Positions 11,955-25,736 of a stretch of 64,000 nucleotides of DNA are shown here, in pieces. The notes beneath the pieces were generated by a model that worked only from the letters and a program-made list of their open reading frames with translations, did no database searches and was not told where the DNA came from. A program made the translations under genes and the position numbers. The stretch comes from Ascoidea asiatica JCM 7603 (taxonomy: Eukaryota; Fungi; Ascomycota), in NCBI GenBank assembly GCA_001600695.1, contig BCKQ01000018.1, positions 43,450 to 107,449 on the forward strand, read 5' to 3'. Within the stretch, counting starts at the first letter, position 1, and each line of letters starts with the position of its first letter.

Positions 11955-12308
11955 ATGAATATCTCAGAAATTCAAACATTTGATTATCCATTTGAAAATA
12001 ATAAATCAATAATAACAAAAGCAAGATTACCATATATAATAATAAATAATAAAAATTTAAATAATATATTTTTATGTATTAGATTATTTTTTTTTAAAGA
12101 AATTAAAAATAATAATTTTAAAAAAATTTTAATAAATAATTTTATTGAATATTCAAAAATTTTTATAAATAAAAATTCAATTAAATTTATTGCAGAAATT
12201 TCAAATAATTTAATTAAATATTTAGGTATTTATGAAATTGAATTTAATATTTATAATTCTTTTGGAATTTTAATAATTTCAAAAAAAAATACATTTAATG
12301 TTATTTAA
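11955..12308 (+). CDS. Small hypothetical protein (117 aa)
   Basis: AAAATG start context and A/T-ending codons like neighbouring genes; no recognisable motif. Confidence 0.35.
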   Translation: MNISEIQTFDYPFENNKSIITKARLPYIIINNKNLNNIFLCIRLFFFKEIKNNNFKKILINNFIEYSKIFINKNSIKFIAEISNNLIKYLGIYEIEFNIYNSFGILIISKKNTFNVI

Positions 12309-13259
12309 ATTAAATTATATTCAATTTGTTTATTAGAACAATTGAAAAAAAAAACATATATTATATTATAAATCTCATTTAAGTGTTTTATATTTGCATT
12401 TCATTCTTTTTTTTTTTGCTAGATCTACTTCATTTCATTTCTTTGATTCAATTATATCTCATTCTTTTTGCATTTTTATTATACTTTACATATATTACTC
12501 ACTTAAAATATTTTTTAGAATCTTTATATATCTCTTCTTCAATAAATACAATTAATACAATAAGCTTCAAAAGAAAACACCATTACATAATCATTACGTA
12601 ATTATCCAACAGTTCTGAATTCCTGGATAAATAACAAAGAACTTAACAATGAAAAAGACAGAAAAGACAGACCCTCAAAATGCAGCGCAACTTTAAAACG
12701 GCAGAACTGGCAAAGTTGACACAGACACAAAAAGACACAAAAAGACACATGATTCGGGTGTCCACCCACACAGCTGGTTCTCTTCTTCTTCCCCTCCCGA
12801 GTGAACGTAAACGACCCATAATACCAGTGCAGTGGTTCTTGCTCCATTCCCAGTTTTGTTGAACCACTCCCAACCCAACAATCGACGCCCGCTGATCTCA
12901 CCCTGTGAAAAGCACCAGACCTCTGCCAGACCTCTGCCAAACCCCTGCCAGACCCCTCCCACGGTGGAACTTCATTTCATTGCCACCCCCGACACCGACG
13001 GCTCTCGTGCGCTGAGTTTTATCATCAGGCTCTTTTCATTAGCACCTCGCATTTACTGCTTACTGTACTGTACTATTTCTCATATTTTTCCTTTATTTAT
13101 ATTCTCATATTGCTCCATTAATTCATTTATCAACAAAAATATCGATAATTTATAAATTATATTATAAATTATATTCTCTATACAAATAGACATTTCATTC
13201 AATATTCTATCTATCAATATATCTATTCATCAAATTAATTTATTTATATATATATATAA

Positions 13260-15362
13260 ATGTTTTCAAAACAATTAATTAATGTTCCAGTTGGTGAAGC
13301 AAAACCTGGAGAAACTGCTCCACGTAGAAATTATAGAACAAAAGATGCTGAAATAATAAGACCAAATGATTCAAAAGCTTCAACTTTATATGAATTTATG
13401 ATTGAATGTTTAAATAAAAATAAAAATTTAAATTGTATGGGTTGGAGAAATTTAATTGAAATTCATGAAGAAAAAAAATTAATTAAAAAAAAAATTAATG
13501 GTGAAATTAAAGAAATTGAAAAAATTTGGTTATATTATGAATTAAGTAATTATAATTATATTACAAAATCTGAATTAAATATTTTATTTCATAATCTTGG
13601 TAAAGGTTTAATAAATTTAGGTTTAAAACCAAATTCTCAAGAAAAATTACATATTTTTGCTTCAACTTCTCAAAAATGGTTACAAATTTTTATGGCTTCA
13701 TTTTCTCAATCTATACCAATTGTTACTGCTTATGATACTTTAGGTGAAAAAGGTTTAACACATTCTTTAGTTGAAACTGGTTCTTCTGCAATTTTTACAA
13801 ATAATAATTTATTATCAAAATTAATTAATCCTTTAATTTCTTCAAAAAATGTAAAATTTATAATTCATGATGAATTAATTGATCCAAATGATAAAAGACA
13901 AAATGGTAAAATTTTTAAATTTGCAAATGATGCAAAATTAAAAATTCAAAAAATTAGACCTGATATTCAATTTATAACTTTTAATCAACTTTTAAAATTA
14001 GGTGAAAAAAATTTAAAAAAAATTAATTTAAATTTACCAAAACCAAATGATATTGCTTGTATAATGTATACATCAGGTTCAACAGGTATACCAAAAGGTG
14101 TAATTTTAACTCATAAAAATATTTTAGCAGGAGTTTCTGGTTTAACTGTAATTATTGATAAAACAAAAATTAATGAAAATGATAAAATTATTTCATTTTT
14201 ACCTTTAGCTCATATATTTGAATTAATGTTTGAATTTATTTCATTTTGGTGGGGTGGTATAATTGGTTATGCAGGTGTTAAAACAATTTCTGATACATCT
14301 GTAAGAAATTGTGTTGGTGATATGAAAGAATTTAAACCAACTGTAATGGTTGGAGTTGCTGCAGTTTGGGAAGCAATTAGAAAAGGAATTTTATCACAAT
14401 TAAATAATTTACCACCTTTAAGTCAAAAATTATTTTGGATTGCATTTAAATCAAAAATTTTTTTAAAAAATAATCATTTACCATTTTCAAATATTTTTGA
14501 TATAATTTTTAAAAAAATTAAAGCTGCAACTGGTGGACAATTACGTCAAATTTTAAATGGTGGTGGACCAATTTCTTTAGAAACTCAAATTTTTATTTCA
14601 ACTTTAATTTCTCCATTATTAATTGGTTATGGTTTAACAGAAACTGTTGCAAATACAACTGTTTTAGCACCTGATTATTTTGAATTTAATGTTGCAGGAA
14701 TGTTAACTGGTTCAATTACTGTTAAATTAATTGATGTACCTGAAGCTAATTATTTTGCAAAAAATAATCAAGGTGAAATTTTAATTCATGGTGCACCAGT
14801 AACTCCAGGTTATTTAAATAATGAAAAAGAAAATAAAGAAGCTTTTACAAATGATGGTTGGTTTTGTACTGGAGATATTGGTGAATGGACTTCAACTGGA
14901 CAATTAAAAGTTATAGATAGAAAAAAAAATTTAGTTAAAACTGCAAATGGTGAATATATTGCTTTAGAAAAATTAGAATCTAATTATAGATCAAATCCAT
15001 TAGTTGCAAATATATGTTGTTATGCAGATCCAACAAAAGTTAAACCAATTGCAATTGTTGTTCCAAATGAACCAATTTTAAAAAAACTTGCTGTTGATAT
15101 TGGACTTTATAAAAATATTGAAGATGTTGAAATTCATGAAATTCTTAATAATAAAAAATTAAAAGATGCAGTAACAAAAGAATTAATTAAAACTGGTTCT
15201 GCTTTAGGTTTAGCTGGTATTGAACTTCTTTTAGGTGTTGTTTTATTAGATGAAGAATGGACTCCAGATAATGGAATGCTTTCTGCTGCTCAAAAATTAC
15301 AACGTCGTGTTATATTAGAAGATTGTAAAGATAAAGTTGAAGCTGTTTATAAAGAAAATTAA
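13260..15362 (+). CDS. FAA1: Long-chain fatty acyl-CoA synthetase (FAA1/FAA4 type)
   Basis: VPVGEAKPGETAPRRN N-terminus, YTSGSTGIPKG AMP-binding motif, GYGLTE, DGWFCTGDIG, DRKKNLVKT.NGEYIALEKLES. Confidence 0.93.
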   Translation: MFSKQLINVPVGEAKPGETAPRRNYRTKDAEIIRPNDSKASTLYEFMIECLNKNKNLNCMGWRNLIEIHEEKKLIKKKINGEIKEIEKIWLYYELSNYNYITKSELNILFHNLGKGLINLGLKPNSQEKLHIFASTSQKWLQIFMASFSQSIPIVTAYDTLGEKGLTHSLVETGSSAIFTNNNLLSKLINPLISSKNVKFIIHDELIDPNDKRQNGKIFKFANDAKLKIQKIRPDIQFITFNQLLKLGEKNLKKINLNLPKPNDIACIMYTSGSTGIPKGVILTHKNILAGVSGLTVIIDKTKINENDKIISFLPLAHIFELMFEFISFWWGGIIGYAGVKTISDTSVRNCVGDMKEFKPTVMVGVAAVWEAIRKGILSQLNNLPPLSQKLFWIAFKSKIFLKNNHLPFSNIFDIIFKKIKAATGGQLRQILNGGGPISLETQIFISTLISPLLIGYGLTETVANTTVLAPDYFEFNVAGMLTGSITVKLIDVPEANYFAKNNQGEILIHGAPVTPGYLNNEKENKEAFTNDGWFCTGDIGEWTSTGQLKVIDRKKNLVKTANGEYIALEKLESNYRSNPLVANICCYADPTKVKPIAIVVPNEPILKKLAVDIGLYKNIEDVEIHEILNNKKLKDAVTKELIKTGSALGLAGIELLLGVVLLDEEWTPDNGMLSAAQKLQRRVILEDCKDKVEAVYKEN

Positions 15363-16656
15363 TCTTCTTTTTTTTTCTTTTTTTTTTTAATTTATTCTTT
15401 TTTTTTTTACTAAATTTGTTTAAAATAAAAAAACAAAATATTTCACTTCTTTTTTTCACTTTATCTTTTTGTTATTGTTTCTTTTTGTTTCTCATTCTTT
15501 GAGATTACTTATAACTTAATCTGTTTTAACATTTAATTTGTGCGCGCCTTATATAATACTTTTGTTTTAGCTTTTAAAATATATTTTGTTCAAAAAAGCT
15601 TTTGAATTTAATTTACATTTCTTCTTATAATTATTTATTGCTATGCTACTTTTGATTATATTAAAAAAAACAGGGGTTAGAAATAATTCAATCCAATTAT
15701 TTGGGTCTTGATGTGGTTTGTGGGGGTGGCGTGCTTGGCCTCTGACGTATTTGCCACTATTTTGGAAAGAGGCCGAAAGCCATGTGACCTGTTATTATTT
15801 TTGATTTTGTATTTGTATTTGTATTTGTATTTGTATGTGAGCACAAAACCACCACAAAGCACTAAAATAAAGGTTTATTTTCTTGTTTACCATTAATGCA
15901 ATCATTTCACAAAGACAATAAAGAAGAAGAAGAATAAGAAGAAGAAGAAATAGTTCTTTGATCGGTTATATGAAGATGAATTAGTAATAATTTTGGTGTC
16001 AATGAATCAGTGAATCCGGTTATAGCAGTTTAAAGTACTATTAATTAGTATCATACTAAATTATATTTTACCATTGGGCGTTTCGTAAATAGAGTAAAAA
16101 TGGCTGTTTTTTGTAATTGAAGATAGAGTCTTATAAAAAATTTATTTATTTTCAATGAATAAAGAGGTTCATATTTTTACTTACTCACAATTTGTATATT
16201 CTCTGACTTCTTTTTTTTGGAAATGTTTTGTATAAAATTTGTCAAAATTTTGATAGCGCTTTGATAGCGCTTAGTCAAATAAGTTAGTTCAGATATGAAT
16301 AATGAAAGAAGATATTGAATTTTAATCCATTTACAAAAGAAAAGATGGTTTTTTATTTTTAATAAAAGCATTATATTTAAAAATTGTTCATTAAATGAAA
16401 TAAAAAAAAGTAAATAAAAAATAAAATTGAGGTATAATTTATATAAATCTAGCAAGAATGAAAAATAATCGAAATTAATTGATTATTAAACTAATTAGAA
16501 TAAATAGAGAAATCTATTGAAGAATGGAAAAAGAATAGAAGAAAAGAATAGAAGAAAATTGAGATATTATTTTAATTTCAATTTATTTGAGGAATTCGAC
16601 ATTTTTGAATCATTATTAATTACCATTGAATTATCATAATTAATTTTTTTTAAAAG

Positions 16657-17967
16657 CTATATAAAAGAATAAATTGATAATAAAAATGTTATAATAATTA
16701 CAAATGTTATAATTAAATCAAATGTTGAAAAAACTTGAATAATTAATTTAAATAATGAATCAAAATCAAAATATTTTATAAATTCATTTAAATTATTTAA
16801 AGTTAATAATGATAATATATGATTTAATTTAAATTTAATTAATTGAATTAATAAATTTAATATAGAATTTGAATTTGAATTTGAATTTGAATTTATACTA
16901 TTTTCTAATTTTAAAAATGATAAAATTATTTGATTAATTGAATTAATTGATAAATTATTTAATTTTAAATTATTAAATTTTAATATAATATTATTAAAAT
17001 ATAATGAATTTGATTTTGAATTTAAATCAATAAAATAAATTAATCCAGTAATATTATAAAAAATATTTTGAAATAAATTATTAAATAATATTAAAATTTC
17101 TATAATTATTAAAGATTTAAAAAAATTTAAAAGTAAATGAAAAATATTATTTTTTTTAAATTTTAATGAAATTTTTTTATTTGATTTTAAAATTATAAAA
17201 AAATTAAATATAAAAATAAATGTGAAATAAATTGAGAATAATTTATTTGTTGAATATATTGAATTGAATATAAAATTTGAGAAAAGAATAAAATTATTAA
17301 TTCTTTTAATTAATTTTATTATTGCTAATTTATTTGAATGAGTAATTAAAATTTCTTTATCTCCAATTTCAAAAAATGATGATGATGAGGAAGAAGATGA
17401 TGACGAGTGAGAAGAAGGTTTGAATAAAAGATTATCTTTTCTTATATCTGACTTTTTCTTGAAATCAAGTTCATAATCTAATTCATAATCATAATTTTCT
17501 TCCAATTCTTGTTCTATATCTTGTTCTTGTTCATGTTCATGTTCATGAAAATGATCTTCTTCTGGATAATAACCTTCTTGATCTTCATCTTGAATTGAAT
17601 CTGGATCATAATAATAATCTACACCAAATGGAGTTGAAATTTGTGAAGAAATTGAAATGGAATTTGAATTTGAATTTGAATTTGAATTAATTAATGAATT
17701 ATAAAATATATAAGAATATAATAATAATTGAATTGATAAAATTATAATTAAATTAAATATAAATAAATTTAATAAATTTGATTCATAATTAAAAAAAGAT
17801 TTTTCATTAATACAATTTTCTATATTTTCATTATTTTCTATTTCATCTTTTTCATCAATATCTTTTAAATCTTTGATGTCTTTGATATCTTTAATATCTT
17901 TAATATCTTCCATTTTTTCGATATTTTTATGATTATTAGAGAAAATATTATTGAAGAAAGTTAACAT
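16657..17967 (-). CDS. Hypothetical multi-pass membrane protein with acidic low-complexity loop
   Basis: 436-codon ORF with several hydrophobic segments and in-frame repeats (DIK)n and (NS)n; no family recognised. Confidence 0.6.
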   Translation of the reverse strand: MLTFFNNIFSNNHKNIEKMEDIKDIKDIKDIKDLKDIDEKDEIENNENIENCINEKSFFNYESNLLNLFIFNLIIILSIQLLLYSYIFYNSLINSNSNSNSNSISISSQISTPFGVDYYYDPDSIQDEDQEGYYPEEDHFHEHEHEQEQDIEQELEENYDYELDYELDFKKKSDIRKDNLLFKPSSHSSSSSSSSSSFFEIGDKEILITHSNKLAIIKLIKRINNFILFSNFIFNSIYSTNKLFSIYFTFIFIFNFFIILKSNKKISLKFKKNNIFHLLLNFFKSLIIIEILILFNNLFQNIFYNITGLIYFIDLNSKSNSLYFNNIILKFNNLKLNNLSINSINQIILSFLKLENSINSNSNSNSNSILNLLIQLIKFKLNHILSLLTLNNLNEFIKYFDFDSLFKLIIQVFSTFDLIITFVIIITFLLSIYSFI

Positions 17968-20041
17968 TTTGATATATTGAATTAAAAATAATGAATGAAT
18001 ATGGATATGAATATGAATATAAATATAAATATAAATATGAAAGAATAAAATAAAAAAATAATATATAAAGCAATTGAAGATTTAAATGAGTAAGTAATAA
18101 AATCAATGGAATAAATATCATTTATATATCTCAAATATCGGAAACATTACAAACATTATAAACATTGAAAACATTATAATATATATAATACTGTATAACA
18201 AAGATCATTTGTATAACATTATAAGATTATAACATTATGAGATTAATTTATATAACATTATTGCTTTTAAAAATGTAATGATATAAAAATTGAAATTAAA
18301 TTAATTTTGGATTAATTTGGATTAATTTGGATAAAACGTGAATGGACCTAAATTTCTTAAAAGCGAGCTAAGGTTAATTTTAAAAACTCAAAATTATTTT
18401 ACGGAAGATAATTTAATTTAAAAAGTATATTAAAAAACTTATTTTGGATTTTACACTTGGAGAAATTTTACAATCATTCAATAATTTCAATTATTAAAAT
18501 TAATCAAGCTTTTAATTGTTTTTGAAGATATTATAAAATTTGTCAATAGCAAAAAAAAAGGAGTTGTTTAAAGAAAGTAATATTACTATTACTATTATTT
18601 CACTGTCTCATACGCCAAAAATAGTGTAAATTAGATAGAACTTGAAAAGAGAAAGTAAATTGCTTAATACATGAGACTTCTAGATTTCTTTTTTATATTC
18701 ATTTCAAGGAGATTGAAAAATATTTGAAATGATTGGAGTTTTAAACCATTTCTTTGTTGGAATTACCAAGAAATTAATGAATCTAAATCTGAGATATTTC
18801 AAGTATTTGAAATTATTCCAATATTTTACTCATAGCACTAATGAATAAAGTGTTATTCAATTATTCATTTATTTCCAATATAATTGAATGTGAATTGTAT
18901 GTGAACAATACGATTCAAAAGACATGCAGTGCCAAGCAGTGGGTTGTAACGAACAAGAAATCTTTGTTCGGTAAACTCAATTTTTCTATGCAATTAAGGC
19001 TGTTTGTCGAGATTGATGTTCGGTAACAATGTTTGTATTCAGAAAATGTAGCCCAACAGGGACTCGGTGTGGCGTTTCCGGGTCCACCCCACGGCAAGTT
19101 GCAGCATCGACGTGGGAGCCAAACTCATCCCCAGACCAAAGAAAAGCAGAAGTCTGTAGCAGCGGGCCCCTGCCGACGGAAGCTGGTGCGTTTTTCGGAC
19201 ACAACCGTCAGGCAACGGTCACGTTAAAGCGTGAAGCACGTTCCAACAATGTGTCAAAAGTAGAAATTCGCCGGCTTGATAATGTAGCAAATACTCTAAC
19301 AAACTGAAATTGCTCTCCCACGTGTCTGTGCAATAACTATGTTTGTCCTTGTTTGGTGCAGATAGTTACAAGTTAAGGGACAAATTATTTTATGTATTTC
19401 TACTCATATTCATGTGGGTGCAAGTAAATTATAAAAAACCAGACACAAGGATCTAATAATTTTGTTTACGTAATAAGTTACATAATAATAATTATAGAAA
19501 AAAAAGAGTCCATGATTCTGGTTGTTGTTATGCACGTGCCTTTCTTTATCTCCTTTTTGTTTCAAAGTGCAGCTAAAAAAGCATCTCCTCCAACTTCAGA
19601 GAGTGAGTGTGACTTATCTGTATTGAATTAAGTATATTTATTTTATTTTATTTATTATCTACATTTTGGTAAATACTAAGTTGAACTGACTGTATTTTAA
19701 ATATATTATCACTATATTTATTCTATTTATTTCAAAAAATATATTTATATATTCTTCATATATATTAAATATCTCATATCCCATCTTTAATATTTATTAT
19801 CTCTTCTATATCTTTGTTCAAATTTCTAGGTTGAAGTTTTCCGTTTTCTTTTACATAACTTATAAATTCAAATAACATTCTCACCTTATCTTAAGATCAA
19901 TTTTTTTATTGTTTATCAAAATTCTTTTCTTTTTCTTAGTTTGTTTATAAATTAATATTAATAAATAATAATAAATAATAATAAATAATAATAAATAATA
20001 ATAAATAATAATAATATCAATAAATTATATTTTAAAAAAAA

Positions 20042-20767
20042 ATGTTTTCATATTTTTTTGGTGGATCAACTCAAGCTAAAAAAGATTCTGCAAAAAAGGC
20101 TATTGTTGATTTAAGAGAACATATATCAATGTTAAATAAAAAAATTAATCATATAGAAAATCAAATTGAAGAACAAGATAAAATTGCAAGAAAAAATATT
20201 ACAATAAATAAAAATTTATCAAAAGCTGCTTTAAAGAAAAAAAAAATATATTCATCTCAATTAGATAAATATCAATCTCAAATAGATTCTTTAGAAAGTC
20301 AATTAATTGCAATTGAAAATGCAAATTTAAATTTAGAAACTATGAAAGCTATGAAACAAGGTGCAAAAGCTATGAAACAAATTCATGGTGATTTTAATGT
20401 TGATAAAGTTGAAAATACTATGGATGATATTAGAGATCAAATAGATTTATCAAATGAAATTTCTGATGCAATCTCAAGACCTTTAGGTCAAGATCTTGCT
20501 GATGAAGATGAATTAGAAGATGAATTAGCTGAATTACAATTAGAACAATCTCAACCTATTGCAAATACAAATACAAATACAAATACAAATACAAATACAA
20601 ATATTATACCTCAAGAATTTATTAAAGATAAAATACAGAAACAACCATCAACAAAATTACCTTCAGTTCCAGATTTACCATCTCCTGTTAAACAAAAGAA
20701 ATATATTGAAGAAGATGATGAAGATGAAGAAGCTCTTAAAGCTTTACAAGCTGAAATGGGTCTTTAA
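20042..20767 (+). CDS. SNF7: ESCRT-III subunit Snf7/Vps32
   Basis: [54 protein letters not shown]-terminal [15 protein letters not shown]. Confidence 0.97.
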   Translation: MFSYFFGGSTQAKKDSAKKAIVDLREHISMLNKKINHIENQIEEQDKIARKNITINKNLSKAALKKKKIYSSQLDKYQSQIDSLESQLIAIENANLNLETMKAMKQGAKAMKQIHGDFNVDKVENTMDDIRDQIDLSNEISDAISRPLGQDLADEDELEDELAELQLEQSQPIANTNTNTNTNTNTNIIPQEFIKDKIQKQPSTKLPSVPDLPSPVKQKKYIEEDDEDEEALKALQAEMGL

Positions 20768-21181
20768 TAAATAATATTTTTATCTTTTCATTATATTAGA
20801 TCTATATCATTTTTATTCTCATATTACTTTTTTAATATCTTTCTCTAATAATCTTTAGATTATGCTTTTTTTTTTTTTTATTTTATTTTATTTTATTTTA
20901 TTTTATTTTATTTTAATTTTGATTTGATTTTTGTTTGCTTTTTTACTTTTTTACTTTTTTTTTTTTTATTCTTTCATCTCTTTTTTTATATATTTCTTTA
21001 ATAATTTTTTCTTTCTTAACGTTCACAATATTCAAAATATTCATAATCTTACATAATTATTATCATTTTTGTAAACGTTATTTAATCATATGTACTATGA
21101 TTTCATAATTAATTAAACATAAATTAAATACTATATATTAAATTAATCAAATCTTACATATTTATTTGTTTATAAACAAGT

Positions 21182-22444
21182 TTAATAAGCTTCTATTCTA
21201 GAATTTTCAAGTTTTTCATTATTTTCATTATTTTTTATTGGTTTTGTTGTTGTTAAAGAAAAAGAAGAAGAAGAAGAAGATGATGATGATAAATCTAATA
21301 ATATTAAAGTATCATTTTTTAAACCATCTTTAACAAATTCAATTAATTTTTTTTGTCTATTTGAAACAATTATACTTTTTTCAATAAATTCTAATCTTCT
21401 ATTTAAAATTTCATCTTCTTTTTTAATTTCAAATAATTTACTTAAATCTTCAATAGAATTCATTAAACCAGATTGACTTTGTTCAAAAATTATTGAACTA
21501 TTAATATTTGAATCAAGATAATATGAAAGACAATATGACCATTTTAATAAATTTCTTGATTGAATTAAAGTTTTTATAGAATCTTTTAAAAAATCAAATT
21601 CAATATATGATTTACCAGTTTTAATTTGTAATTTATTTATAGTTTTTTCAATTTTTTTAAAAATTTTAAAATCTTGTTTTATTGAAATTTCATGATTTTG
21701 AAAACGATCATAATAATGCATATATTTTTTTAAAGATTTTCTTAAAATTTCTTTATTATCATTAATTTCTTGATTTTCTTTTTCATCAAATTTACTACAA
21801 TTATAAAAATCAGAACCATGAGATGACCAAGGACCAAGACAAATCCAACAAAATTGATGATGACATTTATTACAAGTCATATGATTACAACCACCATTTT
21901 TTTCAATTGAAGATAAACATTTTGGACATTCTTTTGTATTAACATTAATCCAATTTATTGTTTCAGAATCATCTTTACATTTTTTTATCCAATTTTTTGA
22001 AATATTACATGGAGATGGATAATGATTTTCAAAACGACAATTTAAACAAAAACTATGATGATTAAAACATAAACATATTGGTAAATCAATATTTTCATTA
22101 ATTTTTTTAAATTTGTTATTATTATTAATATTATTAATATTATTAATAGAAATTGAATTAAATAAATTTTGATTAGGTTGAATAATTGAAGTACAATCAG
22201 GAGCTGGACACCAAATTAAATTTTTATGAGAATTTATATAAAATTTAGTTAAAGATTGTAAATAATTTGAAGATAAATTTGAATAATTATTTATATTAAA
22301 TTTATAATCATTAATATTATTTCTAATTAATAAAGGATTTTGAATACAATAATTAATTGATTTTAAAGAAAATGATGATTTTTTATTTTTATTTTTAAAT
22401 ATTATAGGTTTTGTACCAATAAAATTATTAAATTCAATATTTTG

Positions 22445-22477
<33 letters not shown>

Positions 22478-22535
22478 TATATTTTCTCGATTATCAATAT
22501 CTTCATTATCAGTGATATCATCGTCATCATCATCG

Positions 22536-22571
<36 letters not shown>

Positions 22572-22954
22572 GAATAAAATATATAATCTCTTTCTTTTAT
22601 TTCTTTTAATTTTTGTTTTCTTAATTTTCTTATTTCTAATAATTTTTTTTTTAATAATAAAGAATCATCAATATCATTATTTGAATAATTATAATAAACA
22701 TTTTTAATATTATTTATGTTAATATTTGAATTAAAATTATATAAATTATTAAAATCAGATAAAGTATAATAAGAATTACAATTATCATAAGGACATTTAA
22801 TTAAATAAAGATTATTTAATAATTTTTGATTAATATATTTTAATTGACAATCTAAACAATATAAAACATTATGATTTTTACAATTTAAATTATAAAAATT
22901 TAATTTTTCTTCACAACATATTGAACAAAATTCTTTATTTTTATTTATTATAAA

Positions 22955-23007
<53 letters not shown>

Positions 23008-23605
23008 CTTTTGAATTGATATTATTATGATTTTTAATAAAAGAAATAAATTTAGAATAATTATTATTAATATTATTATTATTATTATTAATATTATTAT
23101 TATTATTATTTGGAAATGAGAAATAAAATTCTTCTAAAATATCAGTATTCCAATTAAAATATAATAATAATAAAAGTGTTAAATCAAATGATAAATCTAA
23201 AATTGAAGTATAAGTATTAATAATTTTAAATATATTTTTTATAATAAATTGATTTAAAGTTAAAGTTTTATATTTTAAAGAGATTTTATTAAAATTTGAA
23301 TTTGAATTTGAATCTTTAATTGAAATTGAACTATCTTGAGTATCTTGAGTATCTTGAGTATCTTGAGTATCTTGAGTATCTTGAGTATCTGAATGAGATA
23401 TTTGTTTTGGTTGAAATTGAATATTATTATCAGTATTATTATTTAAATCATATATATCATCATTTTCAAATTTATAATCTTCTTTAATTTCTTGATTTTG
23501 ATTTTGATTTAAATCTTGATTTAAATCTTGATTATAATCTTGATCATAATCATCATATTCAAAGACTTCTTCTTCACCTTCTGAGTTTATATAAGTATTA
23601 TCCAT
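21182..23605 (-). CDS. HEL1: RBR (RING1-IBR-RING2) E3 ubiquitin ligase, Ariadne/HEL1 family
   Basis: CSICC..C..H...C..C..CP...C RING1; WCPAPDC IBR; TKECPKCLSSIEKNGGCNHMTC..C..QFCWIC RING2; Ariadne domain. The first ATG is at 23605 (the track start is a TTG). Confidence 0.9.
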
Positions 23606-24751
23606 TAGAAACAAGATGATTTTAGATTATTAAATTGAATATCAAGTTGAATTAAGATGAATTGAATTGAATTGAATTTAATCAATTGATCAATTGGATA
23701 AGAAAAGAAGAAATAATATAAGTTATATATGAAATGAATGAATGATATCAAATTTAAGCAAGTTTCCAAAGTATCATCGTTACCGGCAGTCAAACAATGG
23801 CAAAATACAATATTGTAGTCTGTTTCAGCAGTGTTATTGAATGTTATTGAGTGTTATTGAATGTTATTGAATGTTATTGAATGTTATTGTGGTAAGTCAC
23901 AGAAATTGCTACAAGCAGAATCCAATCACGTAATCACACAACTGAACTCCGTGAGACTGGTCTCAGAAAGCAAAGGACCCCTGGGAACGGTGCAGTACCT
24001 GACATACTTTTGGGAACCATAGAAGTGGATACATAGCAGTACATCACATGATGTTATGTCCGCCGGTAATACGCCACGCATTACTATTTTTATTTTATCT
24101 GCACCTTGCTCTAGCCACGCCCCCTCTTTTGACTCCATCCGCGGTGCCCTTGAACGGAAGCCCAGCTTAGCAGGAGCGGCGGACGGCAACGGAGCCTTGG
24201 CGGGTCTGGCCGGATGACTGCAAGTTCCTCCCGTGAGTTGTCTCCTGACTTGTCTCCTGGCTTGTCTCTTCTTTTGCAGGTCCCGTGATCTGGCAGTGAT
24301 TTTACTCTCAGTATTTATTTATACTACTTTTTTGTATATTGCCTTATTGCCTTATTGCCTTATTGCCTTTATATCACTTTATAACTTTGTATTATTCTCG
24401 TATTTTATACTGTTTTATCGTATTAATTTATATATTCTTATCCTCTTAAATACTTATTTATTCTTATAATCGATCTTAAATCAATATAATTATCAATATT
24501 ACTCTTCTTTTTAGTCTCAGTATTAGTCTTAAAATTCAGTTCAATATTCATCTCAATCTCAATCTCGATCTCGATCTCGATCTCGATCTCTATTTACAAA
24601 AACTTTTAATACGAAAATTATTTAATTATTTTAATTTTGAAATAATACCATGAATCAAAATCATATACATTTATTTAAATATATTAAATACATATAATTA
24701 ATTTTAAATTCAATTCAATTTCAATTTCAATCTCAATTTCTTTATTAAAAA

Positions 24752-24965
24752 ATGGGTAATTCTTCTTCAAAACAATCTCTTGATATACCACCAGGTAAAT
24801 TATCAAGATCAAATACTTCAAATTCTATAAAATCTTCAAAATCTTCAAAATCTAATCGTTCTTTTAAATCTTCAAAATCTTCAAAATCTTCAAAATCTAT
24901 AAAATCTTTAAAATCTATAAAACCTTTAAAATCTAATTCTTCTCAAAATGATATTATAAATAATT

Positions 24966-24998
<33 letters not shown>

Positions 24999-25699
24999 GT
25001 ACAAATCATCTACTGACAAGTCTGAATTCATCTGATCTTACAAATTCAAATATAAATGATAATGAAATTATCAATAATAATAATAATAATAATAATAATA
25101 ACTTTCATATCAATTCAAATTCAAATTCAATTTCAAATTCTGGTCATATAACGCCAAATAATTTATATAATCATAATTCTAATCATAATACTAATAATAA
25201 TAATAATAATAATATATTCAATAATGGAATCTTACACGCTTCAATGACCCTGTTAGAACCAAAAGAACCAATACTAATAACTTCTATAAATCATAATTCA
25301 AATATTGATATAAATAATAATATTACAGATACAAATATTAATAATCATAATAATCATAATAATGATAATAATATTTTAAATAATAATGATATAAGTAATA
25401 ATGATTTATCATTCTCAACTACAAATATAAAAGATATAAAAAATATAAAAAATATTAAAGATATAAAAGATATAAAAAATATTAAAGATAATGAAGATAA
25501 TGAAGATAATGAAGATAATAATAATGATAATCTTTCAATAAATCAATTAAATCCATTATCAAAAACTTCAACAAATACTTCAATATTATCAAATAATTCA
25601 AATATTTCAAATCAAACTTTAAAAAATTCAAATCAAATTATTTCAACTACTACTACTAATAATATTAATAATAATAATAATAATAATGATATAAATATA

Positions 25700-25736
<37 letters not shown>

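Noticed and set aside
12602-13155. Overlapping short ORFs upstream of FAA1
   Set aside because: Promoter GC island; no coding signature.
18841-19307. Short ORFs or a structured ncRNA (SRP, RNase P/MRP) in the GC-rich patch
   Set aside because: No diagnostic conserved motifs recognised; it looks like the other promoter islands. An Rfam scan would settle it.
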